A stretch of 64,000 bases of DNA from contig NC_086097.1 in the NCBI RefSeq assembly GCF_963921235.1, positions 181,848,001 to 181,912,000 of the forward strand, in the 5' to 3' direction. Of the stretch, positions 49,831-61,919 are shown in pieces (position 1 is the stretch's first letter; the number at the start of each line of letters is the position of its first letter). The notes beneath the pieces are model-generated. The model did not search any database, had not been told where the DNA came from, and saw only the letters and a program-made list of their open reading frames with translations. Both the position numbers and the translations under genes were made by a program. The DNA comes from Mobula hypostoma (Eukaryota).

Positions 49831-52389
49831 TTTGATTTCTGAGGTTTTTAACATATAAATTAAGCATGACCTCAGCCACTTGACTTCTCAGGCCTGCTCC
49901 ACTATTCAATATAATCATAGCTGATCTAATGGGAACTTCAAACTCCAATACCATTCACTCAGATAATTTTTCAACCCCTAGTTAGCCAAAAGTCTGTCTA
50001 GCCTTATACATCTGGCAAAGATGACCGCCTCTTCAAAAACGTTATGTAAGACCCCTCAAAATATCAGAGAGGTATGTCATTGCTGCCTGATAATACCTTC
50101 CAAAAATCTTCCCAATATGTTGACAAGGTAAACAAACCTTTGTGAGCATCCTGTCCTGCCTTCCTAGCTTTAAGGTTACATATAGGCTCCAAAAATTGAT
50201 GGGCAAAATGAGTGTGCATGGTTGGACTCCCAAGGACTCCCAATATCTGTTTCAATCTGTCACTCCAGGAGACTTCCAGAAAGCAACTTATGGATATTCT
50301 GAATTCTTGCACAAAAAAAGAATCATCCTCACAGATCCATAGGAAACCTCAGTCGGTGACCTTTAAAGTAGACAAGGAGCATCTGGGAAGAACTCAGATC
50401 TCTTTGTAAACATACATAGGTCAAGTGAAAATGATGGAGCACAAATCTTCCTTGGCCCACCAAGCATGCCATCATGTTTCTAGCAGTAGTGGAGTCTGTG
50501 GTGCTCTCATAGATGTTTTCATCCACTTTAGAACCCACAGAGTGACTAATTTTCACCCCTTGCCAAAGAAGCTGGCACAGCAGTTGAGAGAATACAGTGG
50601 ATAGACTGCAATTTGATGGTGACTTTTGTAAATGTGGAAGTTATATTGTCCAGGTCCCATTCCTGAAGGTACTAATTGGTGCTGAGGTGCTGTTTTAAGA
50701 ATGCTGATTCTTTGGCACCACATCTGGCTGTACTTCAATGTTTGTACAACCTATAAAAGTGTTGGCTGGAAAATTAGCAGGAGTGGCGAGCAGGAGGATG
50801 GTTGCATGGCACATTACTGAGCCTGCAGCAGATGTGCCCACACATGTACTTTCTGGCACAGCTTGTCAGATGTTGTCAGGAGCAGGATCTCTGGCTATTG
50901 TACCTTCCTTATTTTCAGGATGGTAATGCTAATTTTAGCACCCTATCCATCTGAGGCTTCTTGGTTTATATGGCTTTGTAAAACATTGTGAAATTCACTT
51001 GGCAACTGTGCGGCAAAGGAAGTTGCAGCACTTACTTCTGATCAATTACCTAACCTTACTACAATATGGAGCTGGCTGTTGGTCCATGGGAGGCAAGGTT
51101 TCTGAATGCAATCCCCTTGATTTACAGGTGGTACACAGGCTGGGCATTGTTGATATTTGTTTTTTGATTTCTTGAATCAGTCATAAGGAGATAAAGGATT
51201 TATAGCTTCATCTACTTTTAAATTGCAAGCAGCCTGTTCCATGACAGTTAAATGAGGTGTGGAGATGAGCTTATTAGCTTTGAGTTGAAAGAAAATGACT
51301 GTTTATTCCTCTGTCACCTGGTATTAGCCTAAATTAAATTAAAAGCATGATCTTAGCAAAACATTATCACTGAGCACTGATCAGTTTTGTAGTTCCGACT
51401 CCAGATTTGACTAATTGTCAATCAAAAGTGAACACTTTCTTTTGAAAGATAAATATATCTTCCTTTTGGATTTAATGAAAATGCACATGCTAAGAGATTG
51501 TTTTTTAACTCGATAAAATTGAGCTATGTAAGGTAGGGTTTTTAATCCAGGACAAAGTACTGCTAAAATCAACTCATGTCCATCATCATGTTTGTGAGCT
51601 CTTGCTATGTGCAAAGTGGCTGCTGTGTTTTCTTGCACCATAATGGACTCGGTTTTAGAACAATACGTCAGTAATGAAGTATTCTCTGAAATGTGGTTTA
51701 TTTTATAGGTTTGCAGGGATTTTGGAATAAGTTTTTTTTCTTTTTTTAAGGAGTGTCCAATGACAGTGAAGACTGAAATGTGCTATAGACAGACCTTATA
51801 TTATTTTTTCTTGTTTATTGGTCTAGGCCAGCACACAGGTTCTGAAAGCTCTGTTGTCATGGTTTCACTGTTATTATACACCAAGAAAAAAATCCTGTTT
51901 CAATCGTAGGATTGGAAGTAGGAACGTAAATGACAACAGATAAGCCTCATTTTCATTTTTATGCAAAAAATTGCTGATAATTCTTTTGACACAGAGAGAG
52001 AGAGTCATTCACTTGATATAGTTTTCCTAAGAGTCCCTATTCCCTCTCTGAAGAGGCTGACAATTGAGTGGGGAGAAGCACCTCAAAGAGAAGGTGCCTT
52101 TTTCACCAATGGCCTCCTATATGTGCATAAGATATCAGGATTGTGTCTGGACCAGTTTTTGCCCACAGAGTGGTGCCAGGATAGTTGGGTATAGCACTTT
52201 CTATCTTTTCTTCAGGCGGTCTGTCAGGGTTGAGGACGACTTCCTTCCATCTCATTTCTGCAAGTTCTGACTTGGATATGGTTGATGAGGATAACTTGAG
52301 ATCCACAGACTCTGTCACAGGTGTGGTCAGAGGTACCTGATGGAGTTCGGATGCTCCATGTCCCTGCAATCTAGTCAGTTGTTACTGAT

Positions 52390-55070
52390 TGTTTAGCAGG
52401 GTGATAGGAACTGGAGTGATAGGCCTGACAATAGGCAGTTAGTATACAATGCGATGCAGTGTATTGTGAGACTGTGGGGAAGGATGATGATAGGGCAAAA
52501 TTGCAATCAGTGGGATGAGTTGCAGTGAAACTGGGGACAATTCAAGGGGTGATGAATACAGGATTAAAGGTGTTACACTTAAATGCACACTGTATATGGA
52601 ATAAGGTAGATATCTTGTAGCACAGCTAGAGATTGGCAGGTATGACGTTGTGGGTATCACTAAGTCATGGTTGAAAGATCATAGCTAGGAGCTTAACATC
52701 CAAGGGTATACATTGTATCAAAGGACGGGTGGGTAGACAGAGGTGGTGGGGCAGCTCTGTTGGGTAAAAAAAAAGAAATTAAATCCTTTGAAAGAAATGG
52801 CGTAAGATGGGAAGATGTACAATCCTTGTGGGTAGAGTTGGGAAACTGCAAGGGCAAAAAGGCCCTGTTGGGAGTTATCTACAGGTCTCCAAACAGTAGC
52901 CAATATATGCGCTACAAATTACAACGGGAGACAGAAACGGCATGTAAAAAGTGCATTGTTGAGATAGTCATGGGGGATTTCAATATGCAAGTAGATTGGG
53001 AAAATCAGGTTGGTGCTGGATCCCAAGAGAGGGAATTTGTAGAATGCCAATGAAATTGCTTTTAGAGCAGCTTGTGGTTGAGCAAGTGTTATGTAATAAC
53101 CCAATTTGATTAGGGAGCTTAAGGTAAAGGAACCCTGAGGAGATGGTGATCATACTATGATAGAATTCACCCTGCAGTTTGAGAAGGAGAGAGAAAATCA
53201 GATGCATCAGTATTGCAGTGGAGCAAAGGGAATTCCAGAGGTATGAGAGGGGAACTGGCAAAAGTTGATTGGAAGGGGACACTAGCAGTGATGATGACAG
53301 AACAGCAATGGCTGGAGCAATTCGGAAGGTACAGGAAAGATGCTTTCCAAAGATGAAGAGCATTCTAAAGAGAGAATGAGACGACTGTGGCTGACAAAGG
53401 AACTTAAAGACAGCATAAAAGCTAAAGAGAGGGCATATAATATAGCAAAAAATAGTGGAAAGTTAAAGGATTGGTAAGCTTTTAAAAACCAACAGAAGGC
53501 ACCTAAAAAAGAAAAGAGAGAGAAAAGATGAAATATGAAGGTAAACTAGTCAATAATATATAAAAGAAGATAAGAAAAAGTTTTCTTCAGATGCATTCAT
53601 GGTTTAAAAAAAAATGAAAGTGGATTTTGGACAGCTGGAAAATGACGATGAGGAAGTAGTAATGGGGGACAAAAAAATGGCAGACAAATTGAATAAGTAT
53701 TTTGTGTTAGTTTTCATAGTGGAAGGCACTGACAAAATACCAGAAATTTGAGTGTGTCACGGGGAAGAATTGAGTGTCATTGCTATTACTAAGGAGAAAG
53801 TGCTCAGGAAGCTGAAAAGTCTGAAGGTAGATAAGTCACCTAGACCAGATGGACTACACTCCAGTGTTCTGAAAGAAGTAGCTGAAGAGACTGTGGAGGC
53901 ATTAGTAATGGCCTTTCAAGAATTACTAGACTCTGGAATAGTCCCTGAGGACTGGAAAATTGCAAATGTCCCTCCATTATTTAATAAAAGAGGGAGGCAG
54001 AAGAAAGGAAATTGTAGGCTAGTTAGCCTGTTCTCAGTGGTTGGAAAGATGTTGAAGTCTATCATTAAGGATGAGGTTTAGAATAGGCCAAAGTCAGCAT
54101 GGTTATCTTAAGGGGAAACCTGACAAATCAGTTGGAATTCTTTGAGGAAATAACAGGCACAGTAGATAAAGGAGAATCAATGGATCTTGTTTATTTGGAT
54201 TTTCAGAAGGCATTTGACAAGGCTACATAACAATATAAGATCCCATGCTGTTACAGGATAGTTACTGGCATGGTTAGAAGATTGTGTGACTGGCAGGAGG
54301 ACTAAAGGGGGCCTTTCTGTTTGGCTGCCGGTGACTAGTGGTATGCTGCAGGGGTTGGTGTTGGAACTGCTTCTTTTCACCTTGTATGTTGATGATATGG
54401 CTAAGTTTGTGGACAATTCAAAGATGGGTAGAGGGGCAGGTAGTTTCGAGGAAGTTTGCAGAAGGACAGATAGATTAAGAGAATGGGGAAAGAAGTGATA
54501 GAGTATATAAGAACATAAGAAATAGGAGCAGGAGTAGGCCATCTGACCTGTCGAGCCTGCTCTACCATTTAATAAGATCATGGCTGATCTGGCCATGGAC
54601 TCACCTCCACCTACCTGCCTTTTCCCCACAACTCTTAAATCCCCTATTATGCAAAAATCTATCCAGCCTTGTCTTAAATATATTTACTGAGGTAGCCTCC
54701 ACTGCTTCATTGGGCAGAGAATTCCCTTTCTGGGAAAAACAGTTCCTCTTTATCTCTGTCCTAAATTTACTACCCCGAATCTTGAGGCTATGTCCCCTTG
54801 TTCTAGTCCCTTAGAATACAGTGTAAGAAGGACCATAGTCGTGCACTTTGATAGAAGGAATAAAAGCGTGGACTATTTTCTAAATGGGGATAAAATTCAA
54901 AAATCAGAGGTACAAAGAGAGTTGGGAGTCCTCATGCAAAATTCTCTGAAGGTTGACTTGCAGGTTGAGTCAGTGGTAAGAAAGGTAAATGCAAAATTAG
55001 CATTAATTTCGAGAGGACTAGAATACAAAAGCAAGGATGTAATGCTGAGGCTTTGTAGGGCATTCGTTGC
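52390..55070 (+). mobile_element. Older CR1 ORF2 (APE-RT), many stops; nested minus CR1 tail at about 54505-54810
   Basis: WVELGNCKG..YRSPN..MGDFN, DKSPRPDG, VPEDWKIANV and QRELGVLMQNSLKV. Confidence 0.85.
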
Positions 55071-55240
55071 ACCCCAATCTGTAAACTGAGGACTCAGCAT
55101 AACCCTTTCCCTGTGAATCAACCCTAGTTAAATGAGGAAGCACATGAAGAGCAGCATCAAGGATAATGAAACATTATCAGTTGGCAGGTGAATTAAATAA
55201 TGAGAACAAGCATGTTAATCTACAAACTAAGCATGCAACA

Positions 55241-55813
55241 GACATTATTCTCCGTAACTTCCGCCACCTCCAACGGGATCCCACCACTAAGCACATCTTT
55301 CCCTCCCCCCCTCTCTCTGCATTCCGCAGGGATCGCTCCCTACACAACTCCCTTGTCCATTCGTCCCCCCCATCCCTCCCCACTGATCTCCCTGCTGGCA
55401 CTTATCCGTGTAAGCGGAACAAGTGCTACACATGCCCTTACACTTCCTCCCTTACCACCATTCAGGGCCCCAAACAGTCCTTCCAGGTGAGGCATCACTT
55501 CACCTGTGAGTCGACTGGGGTGATATACTGCGTCCGGTGCTCCCGATGTGGCCTTTTATATATTGGTGAGACCCGACGCAGACTGGGAGACCGCTTTGCT
55601 GAACATCTACGCTCTGTCCGCCAGAGAAAGCAGGATCTCCCAGTGGCCACACATTTTAATTCCACATCCCATTTCCATTCTGACATGTCTATCCACGGCC
55701 TCCTCTACTGTAAAGATGAAGCCACACTCAGGTTGGAGGAACAACACCTTATATTCCGTCTGGGTAGCCTCCAACCTGATGGCATGAACATTGACTTCTC
55801 TAACTTCCGCTAA
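55241..55813 (+). CDS. C-terminal PLE ORF fragment: Cys/His linker and GIY-YIG endonuclease (no native start)
   Basis: PCKRNKCYTC; VIYCVRCSRCGLLYIGETRRRLGDRFAEH; VATHF; RLEEQHLI; GMN. The track's N-terminal part from 55166 is flanking DNA. Confidence 0.88.
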   Translation, partial: DIILRNFRHLQRDPTTKHIFPSPPLSAFRRDRSLHNSLVHSSPPSLPTDLPAGTYPCKRNKCYTCPYTSSLTTIQGPKQSFQVRHHFTCESTGVIYCVRCSRCGLLYIGETRRRLGDRFAEHLRSVRQRKQDLPVATHFNSTSHFHSDMSIHGLLYCKDEATLRLEEQHLIFRLGSLQPDGMNIDFSNFR

Positions 55814-56114
55814 GGCCCCACCTCCCCCTCGTACCCCATCTGTTACTCATTTTTATGCACACATTCTTTCTCTCACTCTCCTTTTTCTCCCTCTGTCCCT
55901 CTGAATATACCTCTTGCCCATCCTCTGGGTCACAACCCCCCCCCCCCTTGTCTTTCTTCCCGGTCCTCTTGTCCCATGATCCTCTCGTATCCCCTTTTGC
56001 CTATCACCTGTCCAGCTCTCGGCTCTATCCCTCCCCCTCCTGTCTTCTCCTATCATTTTGGATCTCCCCCTCCCCCTCCAACTTTCAAATCCCTTACTCA
56101 CTCTTCCTTCAGTT

Positions 56115-56150
56115 AGTCCTGACGAAGGGTCTCGGCCTGAAACGTCGACT
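56115..56150 (+). ncRNA. Minimal type I hammerhead ribozyme in the PLE terminal repeat
   Basis: agtc [CTGACGA] agg-gtctcgg-cct [GAAA] cg [TC] gact. Stem I agtc/gact, stem II agg/cct, palindromic ACGT stem III; predicted cleavage after C56146. Confidence 0.85.
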
Positions 56151-56582
56151 GCATCTCTTCCTATAGATGCTGCTTGGCCTGCTGCGTTCACCAGCGACTT
56201 TGATGTATGTTGCCACAATGAACAGATCGGATTGTTATTCTCCAATTCAATATTTCTTGTTTGTGGTAATGGCAAATAAGAACTAATAGGGAGAGGCTTT
56301 ATCTTCTGGGTGCTGAAGGAGTTAAATAAGGGTCTACAGTCACACACATTAGATAAGCTGGGAATGTCTTACCTGCAGAAGGGTGAATAAAGATTTAATG
56401 GAAACTATATGAAATGATGAGGCTTCTGAGCAGAGTGGATAATGGGAATCTTTTCCCATTGATAGAGGGGCAATAGGCCACAGGGTTAAAATAAATCAGA
56501 AGGAAATGAAGAATGACGTTTTACCATTTGGCATCATTGTGTGTAATGGGCTTCCTTTAAGTAAATGTAACATTTCAAGTCT

Positions 56583-56848
56583 GTAAGACCCATAAGTAGG
56601 TACAGAGGTGATGTCGGGGTAAGTTTTTTTTATGCAGAGAGTGCTGAGTGCGTGGAATGGGCTGCCGGCGATGGTGGTGGAGGAGGATACGATAGGGTCT
56701 TTTAAGAGACTCCTGGATAGGTACATGGAGCTTAGAAAAATAGAGGGCTATGGGTAACCCTAGGTAATTTCTAAAGTAAGTGCATGTTTGGCACAGCATT
56801 GTGGGCCGTAGGGCCTGTATTACGCTGTAGTTTTTCTATGTTTCTATG
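56583..56848 (+). mobile_element. Short young CR1 3' end inserted in older CR1 remnants
   Basis: cagagagtgctgagtgcgtggaatgggctgccg...gggccgtagggcctgtattacgctgtagtttttctatgtttctatg. Confidence 0.75.
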
Positions 56849-58850
56849 ACGTGAGCAAAATCTGCTTCATGTTGCAAGTAGGTGAATCTTGAATGCTCTG
56901 CCTGGGGATATGGAGAGAGGATTCATTGTGGCCTTCAAGGCAGATTGATAAAATATATGGTGAGCAAAATCTTAGAGCAGTAAAGGAGGACTGTGGGAAA
57001 AGTCACCACAGATCATGATGGGTTGAATGGGTTCCTTTAGTGCCATAATTATTATCTGGTTTAGTGTTGCATTTGTAATCATATTTGGTTAGAACAATTG
57101 AATAGATAATCTTTATCAGCTTCCTCCTGAGATTGTCACTGTTCACAAATATTTGTTTTCAGCCAGTTCATTTCATGCCACATTTTATTGTCAGAAGTTT
57201 TTTTTATTAATTGTTGGAATGCCATCAGGTGCCTGCAGAAATTTTTTGTTTTATTTCCCTTTCCCAAAGGAGGAGGTTCCAATTAAAAATTGCCCTGTGT
57301 TTGTTGTGATTTAGCTGCTGGATCTCTTTGTCATCAAGCCTAGTCCCAGTATTTTCTGGGAGAGGACCCAGAAATTTTCTCACTGGTACTACAGCAGTCC
57401 AGGCCCGTGAGACACTGTTCTGTGGCTCCTGTTGAATGAGGTTGTCAAGTTGCTTCAGATGATGATGAAGAAGAGCTTTCACTGTGGGATCTTTGGGACT
57501 TCTTGACTTTGATTTTCTTTGATACAGGAAACAGAGGATTTCACTTTGGTTGTCTTGCAGTCATTGACATCTTTCAGGTCGTGGCTGACAAAGACATCCT
57601 GTGTTCCCTTGCTTGGGGGCGATGTCGTGACCTAAGAAATGGAAGCTGATAAACTAAGCATATTGCTGCATGGTCATATGTATCTGTTGAACCTTCATAT
57701 CCCAATGTGTAGAGACTAGTTGAGGCCTGTTTCATCTGGGGTGGGGGGGGGGGTCTTTATTAATGAAGTACAAGAACAAGAGCAGACTCGATGGGCTGTG
57801 TGGCCTACTTCTGCTCTATATCTTATGGTCTAAGAACATATTTGAAAATGGTAACTAGATTCAACGAGAGAGTGGTTCCATTTACTTATTGTTCCAATAA
57901 TTTATTTATTTATTTCTGATCTTGGTTTCTAGGGAAGGCTTTCCTACCCTCACCCATATATTGAAAAACAGCAGCAGTAGCTGCCCAAATCGGAATCACT
58001 TGCCAACTTGTTCCTGCAAAGGATGTGCTGTTGTGCACTCCTGTCAAGGTAAAATAATCTGCAGGAGGCAAAGGGGTGATAAGAGTCCACAGGACGTTCT
58101 GCAGCAGAATTTATCAGGCTAGCTGCTCACCACCATTCTTTATTTTTTGTATTTATTTCATACGTGGGCAATATGACCTTGTTTCACAAGCCTCAACTGT
58201 AATGTTTTCCTTCCATCTTTTAAATAAGTAGTCTATGAAGACTTAAGGAAGAATGGCTCTTTGCCAGCTGCTTATAACAGTATCAAACGATACATTTCCT
58301 TGGGTCATAAAGAGAGCTTTTGGCACATTGGCTTTCATAAATCAAGGCATTGACAACAGGAATTTGTATGTAATGTTGAAGTTATCTAAGATGTTGATAG
58401 GATGAATTTGGAGTATTGTGTGCTGTTCTTGACACATACTTGCAGGAAAGTTAAAAATAATAACTTTATATAGTACCTTTCATACTATAAGATCCAGGCT
58501 GAAAGTGCTTTGCATAGATTGTAAAGATAAATCAATATAGTCATTTAAGTACAAAACAAAATTAAAAATCATAAGTAAAGACAAACATTATATAGGATAA
58601 AATGTATTTGAATATACCAGATTATATAAATATCAACAGTATATAAGCATCAACAGGCATCAAGCAATCCTATAAGTAGACCAAGTTTTTAGAAGTTTTT
58701 TGAAACGTTCCACAGTACTAGCCTGGTATACTTCAGTTGGTAGAATATTCCAGATTTTTGGAGTACGAGAGCAAAAAGCTGCATAACCCATTCTTGTTTG
58801 CTTGGCTCTAGGAACACTAAGCAATTCATCATTCTCTGATCTAAGATTAT

Positions 58851-59522
58851 GATTTCAAGATTCAAGATTCAGGATTCAAAAAACTTTATTGTCATTCTAA
58901 CTGTACATCAGCTCTGCAGGGCAGAATGAGACAGCGTTTCCCAGGAGCAGTGCAATCATAACATAACAAACGCAGCACTAAATAATAAACATAACAATAA
59001 ATAGTAAAACATAACAGCCACATGTCAGTTAAAATCAAGTTATAAGTGTCCAGTGCAAGTTAAAAGTGTCCAAAGCAGAGTCAGGTAGAGCAGCTATTTA
59101 GCAGTCTGACTGCCTGTGGGAGGAAACCATTTAGTAGCCTTGTGGTTTTAGTTTTGATGCTCCTGTAACGTTTGCCTGATGGCAGGAGAACAAACAGTTC
59201 ATGGAGAGGGTGTGGGGGGTCTTTAATGATGTACCGTGTCTTCTGGAGGCATCAACTCTGAAAGAGGTCTTGGACAGAAGGCAGGGAGACCCTAATAACC
59301 TTCTCTGCTTCCCTAACCACCCTCTGCAAGGCTTTTTTGTCAACAGCACTGCAGCTGGAGTACCAGGTTGTGATGCAAAAGGTCAGCACACTCTCAACTA
59401 CGCCTCTGTAGAATGTAGTTAAGATGTTAGTGGGGAGTGATGCTTGTTTAAGCTTCCTCAGAAAGTACAATCTCTGCTGGGCCCGTTTCACAATCCCAGT
59501 GGTGTTCCTGGATCAGGTGAGA
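58851..59522 (-). mobile_element. Rex1/Babar 3' fragment, same family as 47135-48611, with (TTGAATC)n tail
   Basis: Near-identical reverse complement of about 47940-48590; AQQRLYFLRKLKQASLP. Confidence 0.9.
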
Positions 59523-59559
59523 CAAACATTTTAAAATACACGGAGGAGCTAGATTATTC

Positions 59560-60105
59560 AGAGCCTTGTATACAGTGTATAGGGTGCCCAGGGGTGGGGT
59601 GGGGGGCAGCACCTCTGGTGGTCGGCTTGTCGTGCTCCACCCAGTGGCAGCTCATCCACCTTTGCTTCCCACCTGGCACCCAACTGTCACCTGTGGCTCC
59701 AAGTAACTGTTTTGCATGTGACAGTGACCACACCCTGGTACACCAATTTGACAGGTGGGCTAAACTAGGTGAGGGTAGCCAGGAACCTCTCCAGTGAGAT
59801 AGGGGTATGCCTCCCCCAATACGCAAAGGCAGTTCTGGCAGATTGGGCAGCTGAGATAACTAAGAGATCTAATGGTTAAGAAGTCAGTGCTGCAACGCTT
59901 CATGGAGATGAAGGGCATGACCAGGCTCAGAAGGCATCATGGCTATCTACTGCAGCCGAGGAAATTTCTGGCAGTGACAATTTTTCATACCATTGGACCA
60001 AGATTTTTGAGTCTGAGAGAATGGAACTGCCCCAGTGCAATAGTCTTTTCACTGTAAAACTCCTCCCATGCAGTTTATATCATTGCCAGAAATGATGGAC
60101 AACCA
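59560..60105 (+). mobile_element. Non-coding insertion resembling an RTE-type 5' UTR derivative
   Basis: GC-richer segment inside the L2 with internal complementarity. Family assignment rests on recalled resemblance only. Confidence 0.35.
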
Positions 60106-61027
60106 ATACATATGCAGTTAAAAGTATTTTAAAAATTGATCCTAACGGACACAAACAGCCAGTGTAATGATGACAAAATCAGTGAAATGTGCTTAGATTT
60201 TCTTTTTTTGGTTAAGATTCTTGCTGCATTTGGAGCAAGCTATACTTGTTGTACTTTTCTAAGGCAGTCCTGAGCAGAGTGCATGACAGTAGTCTAGTCG
60301 GCTAAAAACAAGTGTGTATCAAGCTTTCTGCATTTTGAGATGTTATTAAAAATCAAGCTTTTGCAATGCTCCTTAAATGAAAGAACACAGTCTTAGTAAT
60401 ATGGTTAATGTGTGATGGAAATTTAGCTCAGTCGACAATAACACCTTTACTTCTAGCTTGATTTGTAAGGCCAGATGATCAGGTTTATTTCTAAGATTCA
60501 TAATTTTTATTGCTACCAGTAACTGAAGTTTTTGTTTTTTTTTTCTTTATTTAATTTAAAGCAACTAGAACTCATCCATTCTGTGATACTGGTAAGACGC
60601 TGGACCAGAGGGTGTCGAGCTTCAGGGTCATCTGGCATAAGAGACAAATACGATGTTTGTGTCTTCTGCAGAACTGTGGTAATTTACCTTCTGTTTTGAA
60701 ATAATCTAATGTAATGGGAACAAGTAGACCACAGGCCAAGAATTGATCCTTGTGGCACACCAAACACAATGTCATGCATTTTAGACCCATAATCACCACA
60801 GTAGCAAAGGAATTTTTTCCTGTTATAGAAGATTGAAGGCAGTACCAGAAAGACCTATCTATTGACTAAGGCTGTTTATGAGAATGTTGTGATCTATGGT
60901 ATCAAATGCTGTGCTCAAATCTAAGAGAGCAAGAACTGATATGCTACCTGTGTCAGCATTAAGCTGTGAGTCATTAACTACTTCAAGCAATGCAGTTTCT
61001 GTACTATGATTTGATCTAAGACCTGCT

Positions 61028-61845
61028 GATAGATAGATATACTTTATTAATCCTGAGGGAAATTTGGTTTTGTTATAGCCGCACCAACCAAGAATAGAGC
61101 GTAAATATAGCGATACAAAAAACCCCAACAATCAAACAACAAAATGCAAACTATGCCAGATGGAAAATAAGTCCAGGACCAGTCTATTGGCTCAGGGTGT
61201 CTGACCCTCCACGGGAGGAGCTGCACGTTCGACGGCCACAGGCAGGAACGACCTCCCGTGCCGCCAGGTGTTGTATCACGGTGGAATGTGGCCAAAGTCC
61301 AACAGTAAAAAGTTCAATACCCAGTCTGCAAAGACGTTCCTTGATTGTAATATACCCCGGATTGCACCATACGTTGTTAACCAGATCAGTAAGCACCCAA
61401 CTCCTTTACGCTTACCGCTCTCAGTGCACTTCTGGTCAGCCGGAACGGTATTACCCACTGAACTCCTCTTCTCCAAAAGTCTCTGTTGTCTCGACCCGGT
61501 CCTCTTTCCTCGGCTTTGTGATCCCTCTCTGCATCCTCTGTGTGTTTTCCTCCGGATTTCAGCAGGGTTGTCCGCCACTCTGTTCGCTAAGCCGGCCGGT
61601 ATTTGCTGGTCCGTGGAATACACAATGCGACCTTGCTTCTGTCCCGCGTGTTGGGATGTAACCATTTCCAGCGCTAAAGAAAACTCAAATAAAACTCTCT
61701 CTACCAGCATGTTAGAGAGGGTGTAGCTTCAACGTGTTACCTTGAGAAAAAAAATACAAAAAATAACGTAAATTAAAAAGTAAGAAGAAGAAAGTAAGAA
61801 TAGATCGGAACGGCTGTACCAGGCTGCATGCACGACCGGCGCATG
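61028..61845 (-). mobile_element. Internally deleted Rex1-type element (5' end, small APE piece, 3' end)
   Basis: IVYSTDQQ..PAEIRRKTHRGCR, ADQKCTESGKRKG and VNNVWCNPGYITIKERLC..IELF, then a jump to GRSFLPVAV-like sequence and an aataaagtatatctatctatc tail. Confidence 0.75.
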
Positions 61846-61919
61846 TACACTTTGTACATGCATACTTGTCATGAATAGAATTATTGAAAAATAGAAGATA
61901 GCAATAAGCTTAAAAGAAT

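Larger units (their letters stand above)
55235..56213 (+). mobile_element. Young 5'-truncated Penelope-like element (GIY-YIG and terminal repeat)
   Basis: Open GIY-YIG frame, retained CpGs, pyrimidine-rich 3' region and intact hammerhead. Confidence 0.93.
58455..61890 (-). mobile_element. Old L2 LINE split by three insertions
   Basis: L2-type tail (aaagcacttt...atgaaaggtactatataaagttattat), AAFCSRTPKIWNILP..FKKLLKT, and HSTETALLEVVND..LLDLSTAFDTIDH. Pieces at about 58455-58850, 60110-61027 and 61860-61890. Confidence 0.75.

Noticed and set aside
55166..55240. N-terminus of the 215-aa GIY-YIG ORF as a domesticated stand-alone nuclease gene
   Set aside because: The ATG is in flanking DNA that happens to be in frame with a 5'-truncated PLE. 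Nothing in the sequence supports expression.
60562..60591. 30-nt plus-strand micro-exon with good splice signals
   Set aside because: It lies within the antisense strand of the L2 RT remnant (ITEWMSSSCFKLNKEK), so the signals are likely fortuitous.
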